Shown here one piece after another: positions 12,501 through 25,116 of a stretch of 64,000 nucleotides of DNA (positions are counted from its first letter, which is position 1; every line of letters begins with the position of its first letter). The translations under genes were made by a program, and so were the position numbers. The notes under the pieces are model-generated. The model saw only the letters and a program-made list of their open reading frames with translations, searched no databases and had not been told where the DNA came from. Source of the stretch: Octopus sinensis (Eukaryota); NCBI RefSeq assembly GCF_006345805.1, contig NW_021831989.1:434001-498000 (forward strand), in the 5' to 3' direction.

Positions 12501-15205
12501 CATCGCTTATCAAGGACTTTTTTGCCGATAAACACAATCATTTGTCAATACTCCTCGGGGATCTAAATGCCAAATGCACATCTTTTGGCTGTCTGAGAAC
12601 CAACAGGGATGGCATCATTCTTAAGAGCTTTCAGAATCTCTCAGTTTCTCGGTCATCACATCAAAACCCCAAATCATTACTCACCAGGAGGGTGGGACTA
12701 TTTGGGCGTAGCATTGGTCTCTATGTCTACTCTTCAATTTATGGAACAACCGCCTACACCTTAAATGATATTGGAAGTGACCATCTACCAATTTTATACA
12801 AACTCAACCTTGGACCTTTAAAGGGTAAACCAACTTTTATACGATATAACCTCTCGACTATAAACTGGGAACACTACCGAAAATGTTTTACACTTTATCT
12901 GAGCAATTTCGCTCCTAAACTTGACGAAAATTCTTCATCTGAGGACCTCGAGAAGTCTAGCAATTCCCTTATTGGATACATAAAGTCTTATCTGGAAACA
13001 TATTCTACAAAAATCGTCTCAAACAATAGGAAAACTCACATGCCAAACATGAATGTTGAAATCCTACTAAGGAAAAAACAATGTCTAAGGAACAAACTCC
13101 GGCGCTGCGCAGATTTTCGTGACCGGTCCGTTTTGGAAAGTGAAATCTTCACCATTACGGAAGAAATAAGAAAATCGGCGAAGGTGGCGAAGGATAAAAA
13201 ATGGAATACTGAGTGCAAAAAGCTACATAAAGGAAGTCCAAATTTTTGGAAGGTCTACTCGAAATTAACCTCGACGTCTGAGAAAACTATACCTAAACTG
13301 CTAAAACAAGATGGATCCCCTGCATCTCATGAAGAAATCCCGAACATATTTGCTGATAGTCTCAAAAGAATACAAGAAGTCAATCCGGATACAAATCTAT
13401 CTGATTCAGCTTTGTTTGATATGGAAAAAGAGTTGGAAGACAATCTTAGCTCATTACCAATGTGCTCGGAATCTATAACGTGCAAAGACGTGGAAAATGC
13501 AGTTAGATACTCCAAAAATAACGCTCCGGGAAAGGACAAGATAACCATGCGCATGTTCAAAGAAGCTCCCAAGCAACTTTACGAATATTTGGATGTCTCT
13601 TCTCCCGCAGTGTGAGCTTGGGATACGTCCCTTCTTCATGGAAACTGACGGAGGTAAGGATGATACGGAAGCCTGGAAAACCTGGTTACTTGGCGACAAG
13701 TTATAGGCCTATAAGCCTAATTCCTACCATCAGTCGAATAATGGAAAGGGTAATGTTTGAACGACTCTCTGAACACGTCGAGAGAAATGGTTATCTCAAA
13801 GACGTGCAGTGGGGCTTTCGGAGGGGTCGTTCCTGTGCTGACTGTCTTTATACACTCAATTCGTCGATTGTAAAGGCTCTGGATTTCAAAGAGTGTCTGA
13901 CAATTGTGTCTCTAGACATCTCAAAAGCCTTTGATATGGTTTGGCACCTCGGTCTCCTTAGACATCTGGCGAAGTGTCACATAGACAAAGGACTATTCCT
14001 ATGGCTAAAAGACTTCCTCCGCGACAGGCGCTCTGTGATAAGCTTTCTGAACTATGACTCGGATGAACTGAAACTTAAAAGAGGCGTCCCTCAAGGATCA
14101 GTCCTCAGTCCTCTATTATTCAACATTGTGATGAGCAATCTGCCGTCTCCTGTCAACACACGGACGGAAATTTTGATATACGCCGATGATGTTGTAATCC
14201 TTGACATTTCATCGAAACCTGCCTTATCCGAACAAAGGATTATATCATATATGAATACAGTGGAGCAATGGTGCGATGAAAATATGTTCATTATTGCGCG
14301 TGAGAAGTCCGCATTACTGAGAATCACAGAAAGCAGAAATTTAATAAATTTACCGTGCCTGATCAAGAACATACCTCGACAAAACTCAATTAAATATCTT
14401 GGCTTGTTCATCGATGAAAAGGGAAACTATCTCGAAAACGCAAAATAAGTAAAAGGAAAGCAACTAATGCTCTGTTCTGCCTGAGGAAGTTAAATTTGGA
14501 GCCTGATACTTTCCTCTACGTTTTCAATACGGTGATCCTACCGGGACTACTATACGGAAAAGAGGGATGGTACTTCTCTAAAAAGAAGGACACCATCTTA
14601 ACTAAATTTGAAAAGTCTCGCAGGCTCGCTTTGAAGCTTGCTTACCACCAAAAAGTTGAAGATCCAATCCCCCTGTGGCTTGAAAGTAAATCCTCCATGG
14701 TCGGTGAAACTGTCGAAAAAGCTATAAGTGGTTATAAATCCAACTCAATTGTCACTGGGACGTACCTGCAGAGGTAGAAAAGAAAAAAAAAAAAAAAAAA
14801 ATTTACTTGAGGGGGTCTCTTTTTTTTTTCTGGGAAGAAGTCGATAGGGTAGTCCTATTGTTTCATTATACAAACTCCCCCCTAACCTTTAACCCTTCTC
14901 TGTTTCCAATAAAACTTCCTATTCCTATTCCTATAAAAAATTCGCATAGAGTAATCTTACATTTTTATGTTCGTTACTATGACGCTCAATCACCTGATTG
15001 ATGAAAATTTCTTTGTTTAATTTCCGCGTTCTTGTTAACTGAGTTACTTTTTTCAAATTTTAATAATTTAAAAAATTATTGAATTAACAAAAGTAATCAT
15101 TAAGAATTTCAGATCTTAAACAAAGAATTTAGATGATTTGGAGTGATAAATCCGATTTATCACTCCGGACACTTAGAACGGGCCTAGACATTATAACTTA
15201 CGACA
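9566..15205 (+). mobile_element. Ginger/TDD-like DNA transposon (family 3) with about 75-bp TIRs and 5-bp TSD
   Basis: TIR TGTCGTAAGTTATA...GGAGTGATAAATCGGATTTATCACTCCAAATCAT at both ends. TSD ATTAC at 9561-9565 and 15206-15210. The rve core FHSDNGKEFRN..GRPRHPQSQGQIERYN lies at about 9830-10190. Confidence 0.9.
10975..14934 (+). mobile_element. Near full-length Jockey/I-group LINE (gag-like ORF1 + APE-RT ORF2)
   Basis: ORF1 (to 12153) has three Cys/His knuckles (CFRCQQFGHIANFC etc.). ORF2 starts at a GTGA overlap (12150), with APE (VNARSL, GDLNAK, SDHLPI) and RT (GVPQGSVLSP, YADD) domains and several 1-2 nt frameshifts. 3' end is AATAAA+(TTCCTA)3. TSD AAAAAATTCGCAT at 10962-10974 and 14935-14947. 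Confidence 0.92.
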
Positions 15206-16246
15206 ATTACTAATATTATTATTAAAAAAAAAAACCTGTCAAACTGATGGTCGCCAGCGTGGGTCGCGACATATTGAATTAAAAAAAATGATAGGTGTGC
15301 CATGACTTATTTTCCCCGCTGTACAAACCTACACTTACAATCATTTTGATTACGGCGTTATTAAAAATGCTATATTTAAATTATTTTAAATGACATGTAG
15401 TATCTTGAATTACAATAATTTGAATGTTAAGTTAAAAAATAAAGACTCGCTTTTCTATCGATTTAAGCTCCGCCTGAAACAGACAAAACAATAATATTAT
15501 CATGAAAATGACTATTTTAATAGAATTTTTTAAGAATTAAGAGTTTACGAATGCAGTAGAAATTTGCGAACCTATCCAGTTTAACCGAGAATTCGAAAAT
15601 GTCAATTCGAAAAATGGATTCGACCGTTTGTATGTAAGAATTCTAAAATGTGCATTCAAAAGTGTGTATTAAGATGGATACGTCACTACGCACCTTGATT
15701 ATTGTCAAGCACAACAAAACCAACATTGTGGTCCACGAGAAAGTCACCTTGATCAGCTATATTTAATTACCTTCACGATAATAATCTTAAAATTAAAAAG
15801 TTAATCCTTTCGGTTATTGAAGACCAAACAATTTCAATTTTTATAATCACAGAAGATACATCAAAATATTATTAGTCAAATATTTATCAAAAAAAAGTTG
15901 AACACAATATAGAAAACAGGATTTTCAACAGATCATTATGAAATATAAAAAATTCAAAATCATCAAGAATAAAACATTGATTGAAACAAAAAGTTGAGGA
16001 ACCTATCATGTGTGTCTAAAAACTATTGATGTTATTTGGTGAAAACTAAATAAGAATCTTCAAAAAATGATCTGACTTGTATATTTAATTAATCAAAGTT
16101 CTTAATTGGCTGTTCAGACATTGTCTTTTTTTAAATTTACTTGTTCACTTCGACTTTACATCGAAAACCACAAAATCAGAAACATCATCAGCTTTATAAA
16201 TTCGCTTTGGTTTAAAAACAAATTTATAAAATATAAACAAAAATCA

Positions 16247-17350
16247 TCACATTCCACCTCTGGGATTCAAATTGAATCTCATTCCCTTGTTCTTCTCGGG
16301 TAATTTCCAAATAAAGTTTCCTCCAAGTCCATTGCAAGCAGTTTTAGTCACATTGGTGATTTTACGAGTCAACGGCCTCTTGACCGGATTATTATTTAAT
16401 GGGGCAAATTTGAGCTGCGGAATACTCTCGCTACTTTCCGCCCGCTCTACTGGGTCATCCCCTTTGAATAAATGGATGGTTCTATCACATACGGGAGAGT
16501 CCCTACTCTCTCTACAATCACTTAATCACTCCACCAACAAAGGATTGGACAAAGTTGAGTTTTCCTTGCAAAGACTCTCAACTCGGTTCTCGGCCAATTG
16601 CCAACGTTTCTTATACGCAAGTCGATCCTTCAAAAGTCTGAATGATACCACGTGAACTACCTTTGACGTTCTTCAGTGAGCATTGACACCATAAGACAGA
16701 GTTGTCGGACAGATTCAGAACTAACCGAGTAGTTTTTGACCATGTTCTCGACATCCTTGGGGTGAACTAATTTGGAGATAACAATCTCTACTTTTGAGGA
16801 TTTCTCGTGTTTTCTCCAACTGTTCCTCTCTGAGAGACACTTCTTTAGACCGAGCCTCGAATTGCCCCAATCGAGTGTTTTCTGCTTCTAAAAATTCGAC
16901 CTACGTTGAGAACAGTCAATCCGTACTCTTTTTCTAAGACAATCCCTCTTTTCGTCATTTATTTTGAGCGAGGACTGACACTGGAGTAACTGATTCACCG
17001 CCTGGCTGACAATTCTCGTATGTTCTTCGTTTTTTGATTGAAGAATTGAGTTTTGGGTAGATAAAAGAGCAGTTTCTTGTTCTAAGCTTATAATCTGCAG
17101 AATTATGAGCAGACGGTACTCTTTCTTTGAGGAAATCCACGTCTTTCACTTCAATGCATTCGGATTTGTCAAAGAAAAGACGAAACATTGATACTTGTCC
17201 CTGTCGACAGGACGGACACGTTTTGTGACCGATACTCAACCACTTGGTAATGCACTGTTCGTGGTACACGTGACCACACTTTAAGGCTGAAATTGAGGAA
17301 TTTCCTTCGACGTTGATTCTGTCGCAACAAATTGGACATTTTACAGACAT
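16247..17350 (-). CDS. TRAIP: TRAIP-like RING E3 ubiquitin ligase (multi-exon, introns 23-27 nt)
   Basis: N-terminal RING-H2 CPIC..CGHVYHEQCITKW..TCPSCR..LFFD, then a coiled coil restored by removing micro-introns (e.g. 17095-17119), and a C-terminal NGLGG motif as in the TRAIP DGLGG motif. The 3' end is approximate. Confidence 0.8.
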
Positions 17351-17489
17351 AACCAAACTTATAATTCGATAGTCAACATTTAATAAATATTTAATCGTAA
17401 TTTAATTATTTTTAAAAATATATCATTTATGAACAAAAAGATAAGAAGTTATTTTTAATCATCACAAAGCTGCAATTATTTACTTAGAT

Positions 17490-19729
17490 CAGGGTTCTCA
17501 AGTGCGGCCCTCGGGCCGCATGCGGCCCGAGAATCTTTTTTGCGGCCCCGACTTCCAAACTTTAAAATAAATTTTGGATATAAAATTAATTGTAAATTAA
17601 TATTATTAAAGATAATATTTTAACTACACGTGTTTGTAAATATATTTCAGGTTGAGTATTTTTTCATGCCATCAAAGAAATATCGAACATTATCTCAAGA
17701 AAATAGAGAATTTCAAATTGAATGGGAAGAAAAGTTTTTTTTCGTTGAACTGAATGGTAAAGCTGTTTGTTTGATATGCAACTGTGTCATTAATTCATTG
17801 AAAAATTATACTATTGAACGTCATTATAAGAAGCACTCCGAAATATACAATTTATCTCGGAGAGTCAAGGAAAAAAAAACTCAATATATTAAAGACGTCA
17901 TTTAAAAATCAGTCCTCAATATTTAAACCAGTGGAAAATAAGCATCAGTTATTAACGTCTTATAAAATTAGCCACCTTCTTGCTGTAAATATGAAACCTT
18001 ATTCTGACGGAGAAATTATTAAACTGCTATTTCCATTTTTTGTGATGAATGTTGTCCGTCAAATATACAAAATATTGCAAAACGATTACCATTAAGTAAT
18101 GATACTATTACAGAAGAATAGAATGTATTTTTGAGGACCTTGCCCGTCAGCTAATCAAGTTCTTTACTATTAAAAATAATTTTTATAGAACATCGAAAGA
18201 TTTTTTATATCATTCTTTTGCTGTCGACACGAGTAAAGATATCTCTGATACCGAACAAATGGTCGTATGCATTAGAGGTGTCACTTCGGATTTTAAAATT
18301 TCTGAAGAATTTTTTTCTCTTCGTTCATTAAAAGGCACTACAAAAGGAATGGATGTACTTAACGAATTCCTTGAAAGTATTAAAGAATTTGACATTGATC
18401 CTTCCAAAATAATTTCCATATGTACTGATGGGGGGGCGAATATGATTGGTCGTAATAAAGGGTTTCATGGACTTTATTCAGAATGGAGACTTGAAAAAAA
18501 TCTTGATCCTATATTTTGGCAACATTGTATCATTCATCAGGAGAATATAATCGCAAAGTCACTTAAAATGCAAAATGTAATAAGTACGGTGTTGTCCATT
18601 GTGAATTGGATACGCGGTAAATCTCTCAATCACAGGAGATTTAAAAAAATGTTAGTGGAAATTGACACAGTGCATAATGATGTGCTTTACCATACCACTG
18701 TTCGATGGTTGAGTCGTGCCGCGTGCCTCAAAAGGTATATTTGCTTGAATAGAAGTTAGATTTTATGAACTACTCCCTCAAATAAGAGAATTTGTTAAAG
18801 ACCACAAATACCATGATTTGTTGAGCAGTAAAGAGTGGATTGCCGATTTAGCTTTTTGGGTAGATCTAACCTCTCATTTATCGTCGTTAAATTGTGAATT
18901 ACAGGGGAAATATAAATTTTGCCATCAACTCTATGGATCTATTGCTTCTTTTATATCAAAATTAAAACTTTGGAGGGATCAAATAATGCTCAAAGATACA
19001 ATTCATTTTACTTGTTTGAGTGAAAATAAAGCTAACGGTTCATTTGAAAAATATACTACCATTATCAGTCACCTTATTGTTGAATTTGAAAAACGTTCTA
19101 AGGTTTATTAAAATTTAGTTTATTTTAAGAATTTTGATGAAATTTTGCCATCAATGAAAATTTTTGCAGCACCATTCAATATAGATCCTAAGAATGCTCC
19201 GCCATCACTCCAATTAGAATTGATAGACCTTCAATCAGATGTGCAATTTACCTCAGTGCAAAAGATTGAAAATTTAATGGAATTTTATAGTTCACTTCCC
19301 AAAGAAAAATATCCGAATATACTCATAAATGCTTATAAATATGCTTCAATGTTCGGATCCACTTATTTATGTGAGTCAATTTTCAGTAAAATGATTCACA
19401 TAAAAAATAAATATCGAAATAAATTGACTGATAATCACTTATGCCAGCTTTTGCGATCTACATGTGCCTCCTATATTCCGTGTTATGACAAATTAGTTAA
19501 CAATTAGTTAAAATAGCTAACAATTTTTCGTTTTAGTTAACAATTTTTCGTTTTAGTCATTTTCCTTTAATTAATTAAGACTAACTATCTCGGTTTCTGA
19601 ATAAAAAATGAATCTAAAAAAAAATTAGTTAAAAGTTAATGAAAGTTTTAATTTAATTTATTCTGCGGCCCCGAAGACAATGGTTAATTATCGATTTGGC
19701 CCCGACGTTAAAAAACTTGAGAAACCCTG
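17490..19729 (+). mobile_element. hAT transposon (Charlie/SPIN/GTF2IRD2-like) with intron-containing transposase
   Basis: TIRs CAGGGTT(T)CTCAAG and a perfect 8-bp TSD ACTTAGAT (17482-17489, 19730-19737). Subterminal GCGGCCC repeats. BED-like CLIC..RH, SFAVDTS, TDGGANM, HCIIHQE, VRWLSR, FGSTYLCESIFS motifs. Introns 18159-18188, 18735-18759, 19103-19129. Confidence 0.95.
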
Positions 19730-20031
19730 ACTTAGATAATAAAATTGGTAAAATTTGAGTTGGATCGTTAATTTGTTTTAACTTTACACTTTTTGTGCAG
19801 TTCTAGTCCTGTCCCAAAACGTTCAGACTACCACCTAAGGAATTTTCGGTACAAAAATATTCTACACATCCACAAAATGTTTTAGCCATCCAAAAAATGT
19901 TTCGGGCTTTAGATTCTACCGATTGTTGTATCAAATTAGATTAAGGATAAAACTAACTATCTCACTAAGCTCAATAATCAAATAAAAACTGTGAGGATTA
20001 TTATCAGGAAAGAATAAAGTCTAATAAGTCA

Positions 20032-21477
20032 CTAAGACAATTTTTGAGCACGAGTAAACAATCTCCCGATTATATTCTCAGTCGAGTGTAACACCGAAAG
20101 GGCAGATTCGTACAACTTTTCGGTGGAAGAGTCGTCGTGGATAATCAATGAATTGTTATTCTGGTCGAGAATTCCTAGACATAGGCAATAAACGCACAAC
20201 CATTGATCATTCCATCCAACACCATTTGCGACAATTTTATTTCCACCACATGCTACAGCATGAAACACAAATAAACAACCATGGGCAAGTTTATGAGCTC
20301 GGAAATATGAGAAATCTGCACTGCCGAAAAAGGTTCGATTATTCGCAGGAGATTCTGCTCAAATAAGGTTTCCCTGAGGTCCCTCAAATGCATTATAATA
20401 TTTGGATCTTCGTTGTATTTCTCGTGGGACTGAATTATAAGCTACACGTTTTTTAAAACGAAAACATTATTGAAGTCAACTAAGGATCGTTTTTTGACGG
20501 CATCCCCAAATTGCATGATGAAGTTCAGCTCAGGACACCCATACTTCAGAGTGATTCGATCCGTCATTATTTTAGATATCTCCTCCGGCCTAAAATACTT
20601 CAAATTGTAAGAATACGCTAAAAGCATAATTTTGCACAAAATCATGTATTTGAGAGCCAAAACAGCCACAGGGCTTTCAATCTTGTGGAAATTCTCAAAA
20701 GCTTCATAAAAATACGAAAAGGCGAGTTTAAAGTCTTTTTCGTCCCCGGAATGAATAATCCCCGACTGGAACTCCAACTTGGCCTGCATCACAAGGGGAC
20801 AGTAAATTCCATTCGAAGTCGTCCTCGCCGACACCAAAGCAGCTCTGGACTTGACAATATTCCCCAGCTGGTAGTAAATACGACTTTCCTGCAAATGCAC
20901 ATAAACCAAAAGTTCCTTGTCGTCAATTTTTTTCAGTTCCCATAAAAGTTTAGAAACTAGAATATTGTGTGGACAAAAACCAATTTCCAGTGCATTTTGA
21001 TACTGTTTCCGTTCGTAATAAATTGTAATTAGACGGGACTGGGGAATTACTTAATAAGCTACCTCGAGAGACTGTCGGAGGTAAACGTGACCGTTCCCTT
21101 GAGCCCAGGCAACACAGTCCTTGCAGAGGTCGATTTGATCGTCCAAATTAGCATTGGAAGTGAGAAATGAATCAATGAGAGATTTAATTATCTTTGCTGC
21201 TTTGATTTTGCTCAATTCCTCAATAAATGGGTGGAGTTTCTTTATAAGAATTCCCAGTTCTAATCATTTTGTGTCATTGAAACAACCTTTGCCCAACTTG
21301 TTTTTTGATAGCAACTTCCAAGTTCAATCACGCTTGTTCTTTGTGAGAAATATCCTCGTATGGAGACGAAACTAATAAAAATCATTTAAATAACTTGTTA
21401 CCTATATCTGAGAGTGCCTGTATCTTTGTAGAGATTTGATACGAGACATTGAGATTTTGAGCCACAAGAGTTGCCAT
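20032..21477 (-). CDS. PSMD11: 26S proteasome regulatory subunit Rpn6 (about 8 micro-introns)
   Basis: [52 protein letters not shown] and the PCI C-terminus. Two apparent 1-nt frame breaks near the 5' end. Confidence 0.95.
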
Positions 21478-23165
21478 GATGAAATTATTAGTTAATAATA
21501 AATAATCAATAAATTTAAGCTAATGTGGAAAAAAATATAATTTAAAACGACTTTTCTGTAGGAATTCCAATTCATTTAAAAATAATCAATAAAGGTGATG
21601 TCGGAAACCAGAGTACCTTAGTTATAGTCCCCAGAAAAAGCATCAGATTCTTCCAAAGCATATAGTCCGGTTTTATATCTGGTTAATTTATTAATACTGT
21701 CATAATTTAATAATAAATCAAAAGATCCTTGCATAAAGTGAATTGAAAATATTTTATAGAGACTTCATATCGGCTTATGCCTATTTGTGGATATTTGCTG
21801 GGAGGTCTCCACGTTTAGTGGTTTTGATATTTTGACTTTACTACTAATAGATGTTATCCATAAATTAAAAACCCGCTAAGAAATATTTAATCTATTGAAA
21901 TATAGATGAATAATTGCCTTTACTTATTGTAGTAGTATCATTTTGATGGATTCGGAAGAAAATTAGAAAGGTGACAAAGTTTCTTTTAAACCTGAATTAT
22001 AGGGAGAAATATTTCCGTGGAATAAAAACACACTGTTCAGTTATGTACGTTTTAGTCCTATTTTTTCTTGTTTATGTGATTAAATGTTATTTCTTATAAA
22101 AATGACATTAATTTCAAATACATATTTTGAGTAATACTTTCAAAGTGACGAATGACTTAACCTTATCAAGAAAAATTCCTCATGAGATAGCCAAATTAAA
22201 ATATGGATAACTGTACCAATCTATCTTGCAAAATACCTGTCATTTTTAATTTTATTTTGATCTGAGGTGTAGCATTCAAGCCGGTATAAAACGAATTTCA
22301 ATCATATATGATTTTTAGATATGTAAGAATCAAGCACATGAACATAACATTCAGAGATTTCAAAAAAATGCTTATAAAGCATTGAAAATACTTGTTCTTA
22401 TTATTGGAGAAAGATGAAACTCACTCAAAACAATATTTTGCTTTTTTCATCTGACAAATAAATTCGACAATCTTATTTGGTTGCAACCGCAGCATTCAAT
22501 AGGTAAAATTTTAAATTACCTTGAAAAAGTAACAATGAGTTCGCATATTTATTTAATTAAAATACTACTGAGTTTTTCACTATGAATCACGAAGATTTGA
22601 AAGTATCAACAAAATAAAATTACAACAAATTCTTGAAATTTGATAAACTAAAAGTAATTCAATTTTTGCATGTTAGTTATTTTTACTCTTTCACTAAATG
22701 TAGAAAGCAGATAACCACATTGAGAGGGGCAAAAATGGGTGTTTCCTTTTATCTGAATTGAGAAATATCAAAAAAATTAAAGAATTTTATATCACATATA
22801 TTTGATACTGTTAATATATTTCTTTCAGACGGAACTTTCTAATAAAGTGATGATATTTCGTTTACAAATTTTAAGAGCCATTTATAAAACTATTGAAAGT
22901 CAGTAGTGTCACGATGAAAAGCTATTTTCCTCTGAGGATCAGTAAAGTGGTTATAAGGTTGGAAGGCAGAAAAATCACATTGATAATCCGCGTGGAGAGA
23001 AAAGAGCAATTTGTATGTTTATTTTGGATTGTTGAAATTACTATGTTTCATTTTTCATGTAAAATTTTATCTTTATCAATTGGAATTTTAATTGATAAAT
23101 TTCCGGTTTCGACGAATATTAAACGAATCAAGATTACAAACTTAGCTAGTTCTGGGAAATAGCAC

Positions 23166-25116
23166 ATGTCAAGAAACTTAAGATTTGGTGATTCTTTCAA
23201 GTTTCGCCGAGACTTTAAAGATGAAAACAATATCAATTCCGAAAACACAACTACCTACTTAAAACAAACTGTAGAAATCTCAAATCCGCCCACGAGTCTA
23301 GCTTTTGGAACTCCTGAATTAGACATGTTTAAAGACTCTAGGATGAGAGAAAAATCCGAAATGACAAATTTGAATTCCCGCCTAGCTAATTACATAGAAA
23401 TTTCTCGAGAAAAGTCAAATCTAAATTTTGAATTGATGGACGAACTTGAATATGTCAAAAACCAAATCAGAAACGAAACTGGTGCTATTAAAGAATTGTA
23501 TGAAGCCGAGCTGGGACAACTCAGAAATGTTCTCGATGATATGGAACATGATAAAAACGAATTTATTTTGGTTGCTGATAACAATCAAAGAATGTGTGAC
23601 GATTTAGAAGAAAGGTTCAATAAAAAACATTTTTGATTTTTTTAGAATTAACAATTTTAAAAATTCAGAAGAGAATAACATTTTAAAAATAAAAGAATTG
23701 GACAACCAACTGTCAAATTTGGATTTTAAAATAAATAATTTATCTTCAAAAAATGACTTTTTGAAAGATGAAAAAAACAGAGATTCTGAGATTATAAAGA
23801 ACTTGAGATTAGATCTTGAAATCGCTCAAAATGTGTGGGAATTATTAATTTTGCAGGAATTAAACGAAGAGACGATTTTACGATCAGACAGCCAAAACAG
23901 ATGTCAATCAATTGCGGAAGAAATACAGTTTAATACAGATATTCACGAACGGGTTTTAATTAGTCGAAATATAAAAAAGGAATTGAAAGATTTGCTTGCT
24001 ATGGCTAACTACGATCCACTAAATCAGTCAAAGGAGTGGTTGAATTGTGAATTTTCGTCATGCATTAAGGAAATTCAAGAAGAATACAACAATAGGCTGG
24101 ATGAAGTCAAATCTGAAATGGAATCTCAATACAATACGAAAGTAAATAAAGAGATGCTGACTTACAGATCTGTGAAATAGAGACTTATTCTATGCAGAAT
24201 AGTCAATTGACAAGTTCATCAGATCAACTTGAAACTTTAAAGACATCTAATTCTGTTTTAGAAAACGAAACATCGGAAACTATAGAAAGGGTATAATAAT
24301 TTCCCGAATTGAAGAATTCGATGCTAATTTCACAAAATGAAAAGCTTAGAAATGAGATTAAACTTTTGAAAGATCAATATGATTACTTGTCGATGCAAAA
24401 AATGAATGAAATAGACGAAATCAGAAAGCACCAGGCAGCTGCTCTTGCGGAACTTAGAACAATTATTGATGATAATTTATCTCTACAAATGGAAATTGTG
24501 TCATATCAAAAGTTGCTTGAATACGAGGAGGCTAGGTAAATTCGAATTAACAAATTAAATTTAGAGTTGGGATTTCCGATTTGAGTAATGAAAATGTTTC
24601 CAAGTCCAATAAAGTTGTAGAACCAGGTTGTCGATTAATTAAATTTATTAAAGTTGTTCAAGAGATTAGACCCAAACCAAAGTTGGAAAGAAAATATAGT
24701 TACAAAAGAAGTTCGAAAGGATCTATCGCTATTTCGGATACCGTATCCGATGGATCGTGTGTAACGATTATTAACATGGATAAAAATTTTGTAACAAAAA
24801 CAAATATTGTCTAATTATATCGATTTAGGCCCAAAATCTAGAAGATTGGAGGATTGTGCAAAAAGTTGATGGAGCAGAAATAAACGAGTTCATTTTTGGA
24901 CGGTATTATCTTGGACCTGGAGATATTGTAAATATTTGGGCAAAGGGATTCGGTACAAGAAACTCAAACGATTTGGAATGGCAAAATGAAACCTGTCTTG
25001 GAATTGGAGATCAAGTTGTCACAATTCTGTTCAATTCAAGGGGAAAAGTTGCATTTTAATAATTAATTTTGCAGGAAAAATCGACATACACACAGAAAGC
25101 TTTATATAAAGTCTAA
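23166..25116 (+). CDS. Cytoplasmic intermediate filament protein, protostome type with lamin-tail domain (about 9 introns of 24-38 nt)
   Basis: Coil 1A REKSEMTNLNSRLANYIE, coil 2 end LQMEIVSYQKLLEYEEAR, LTD (SYKRSSKGSIAIS...W...VVTILFNSRGKEKSTYTQK). No CaaX at the C-terminus, so not a lamin. Confidence 0.9.

Larger units (their letters stand above)
9135..15232 (+). mobile_element. 5'-truncated, 5'-inverted CRE-like (RLE) LINE; 3'UTR split by a Ginger-like insertion
   Basis: C-terminal RLE motifs (DATCSDTF, KYKEL..LFTPIAVETSG, ERISLAIVRGN). Poly(A) at 15224-15234. TSD AACCTGTCAAAC at 9123-9134 and 15233-15244. Confidence 0.9.
7807..15271 (-). mobile_element. Ginger-like transposon (family 2), interrupted by nested insertions
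   Basis: Minus-strand H2C2 (8665-8955) and rve core (LQTDNGLEFKN, GVIERFN, NWKQFLDKV..YN.T.HS..TPF at about 8150-8580). Terminus TGTCGCGACCCACGCTGGCGACC at 15271 is homologous to the terminus at 63993. The other TIR was not found. Confidence 0.75.
6997..15321 (-). mobile_element. Tc1-family (DD34E) transposon, interrupted; transposase remnant at about 7230-7805
   Basis: TA+CAGTGGGGCAAAAAAGTCATGGCAC at 6997 and an inverted 22/25 match ending 15321+TA. Motifs [40 protein letters not shown] (frameshifted). The 5' half is missing, so pairing of the two TIRs is inferred. Confidence 0.75.

Noticed and set aside
15540-15790. BACK-domain-like CVLRWIRH fragment
   Set aside because: Too short, interrupted by stops, with no supporting BTB or Kelch exons.
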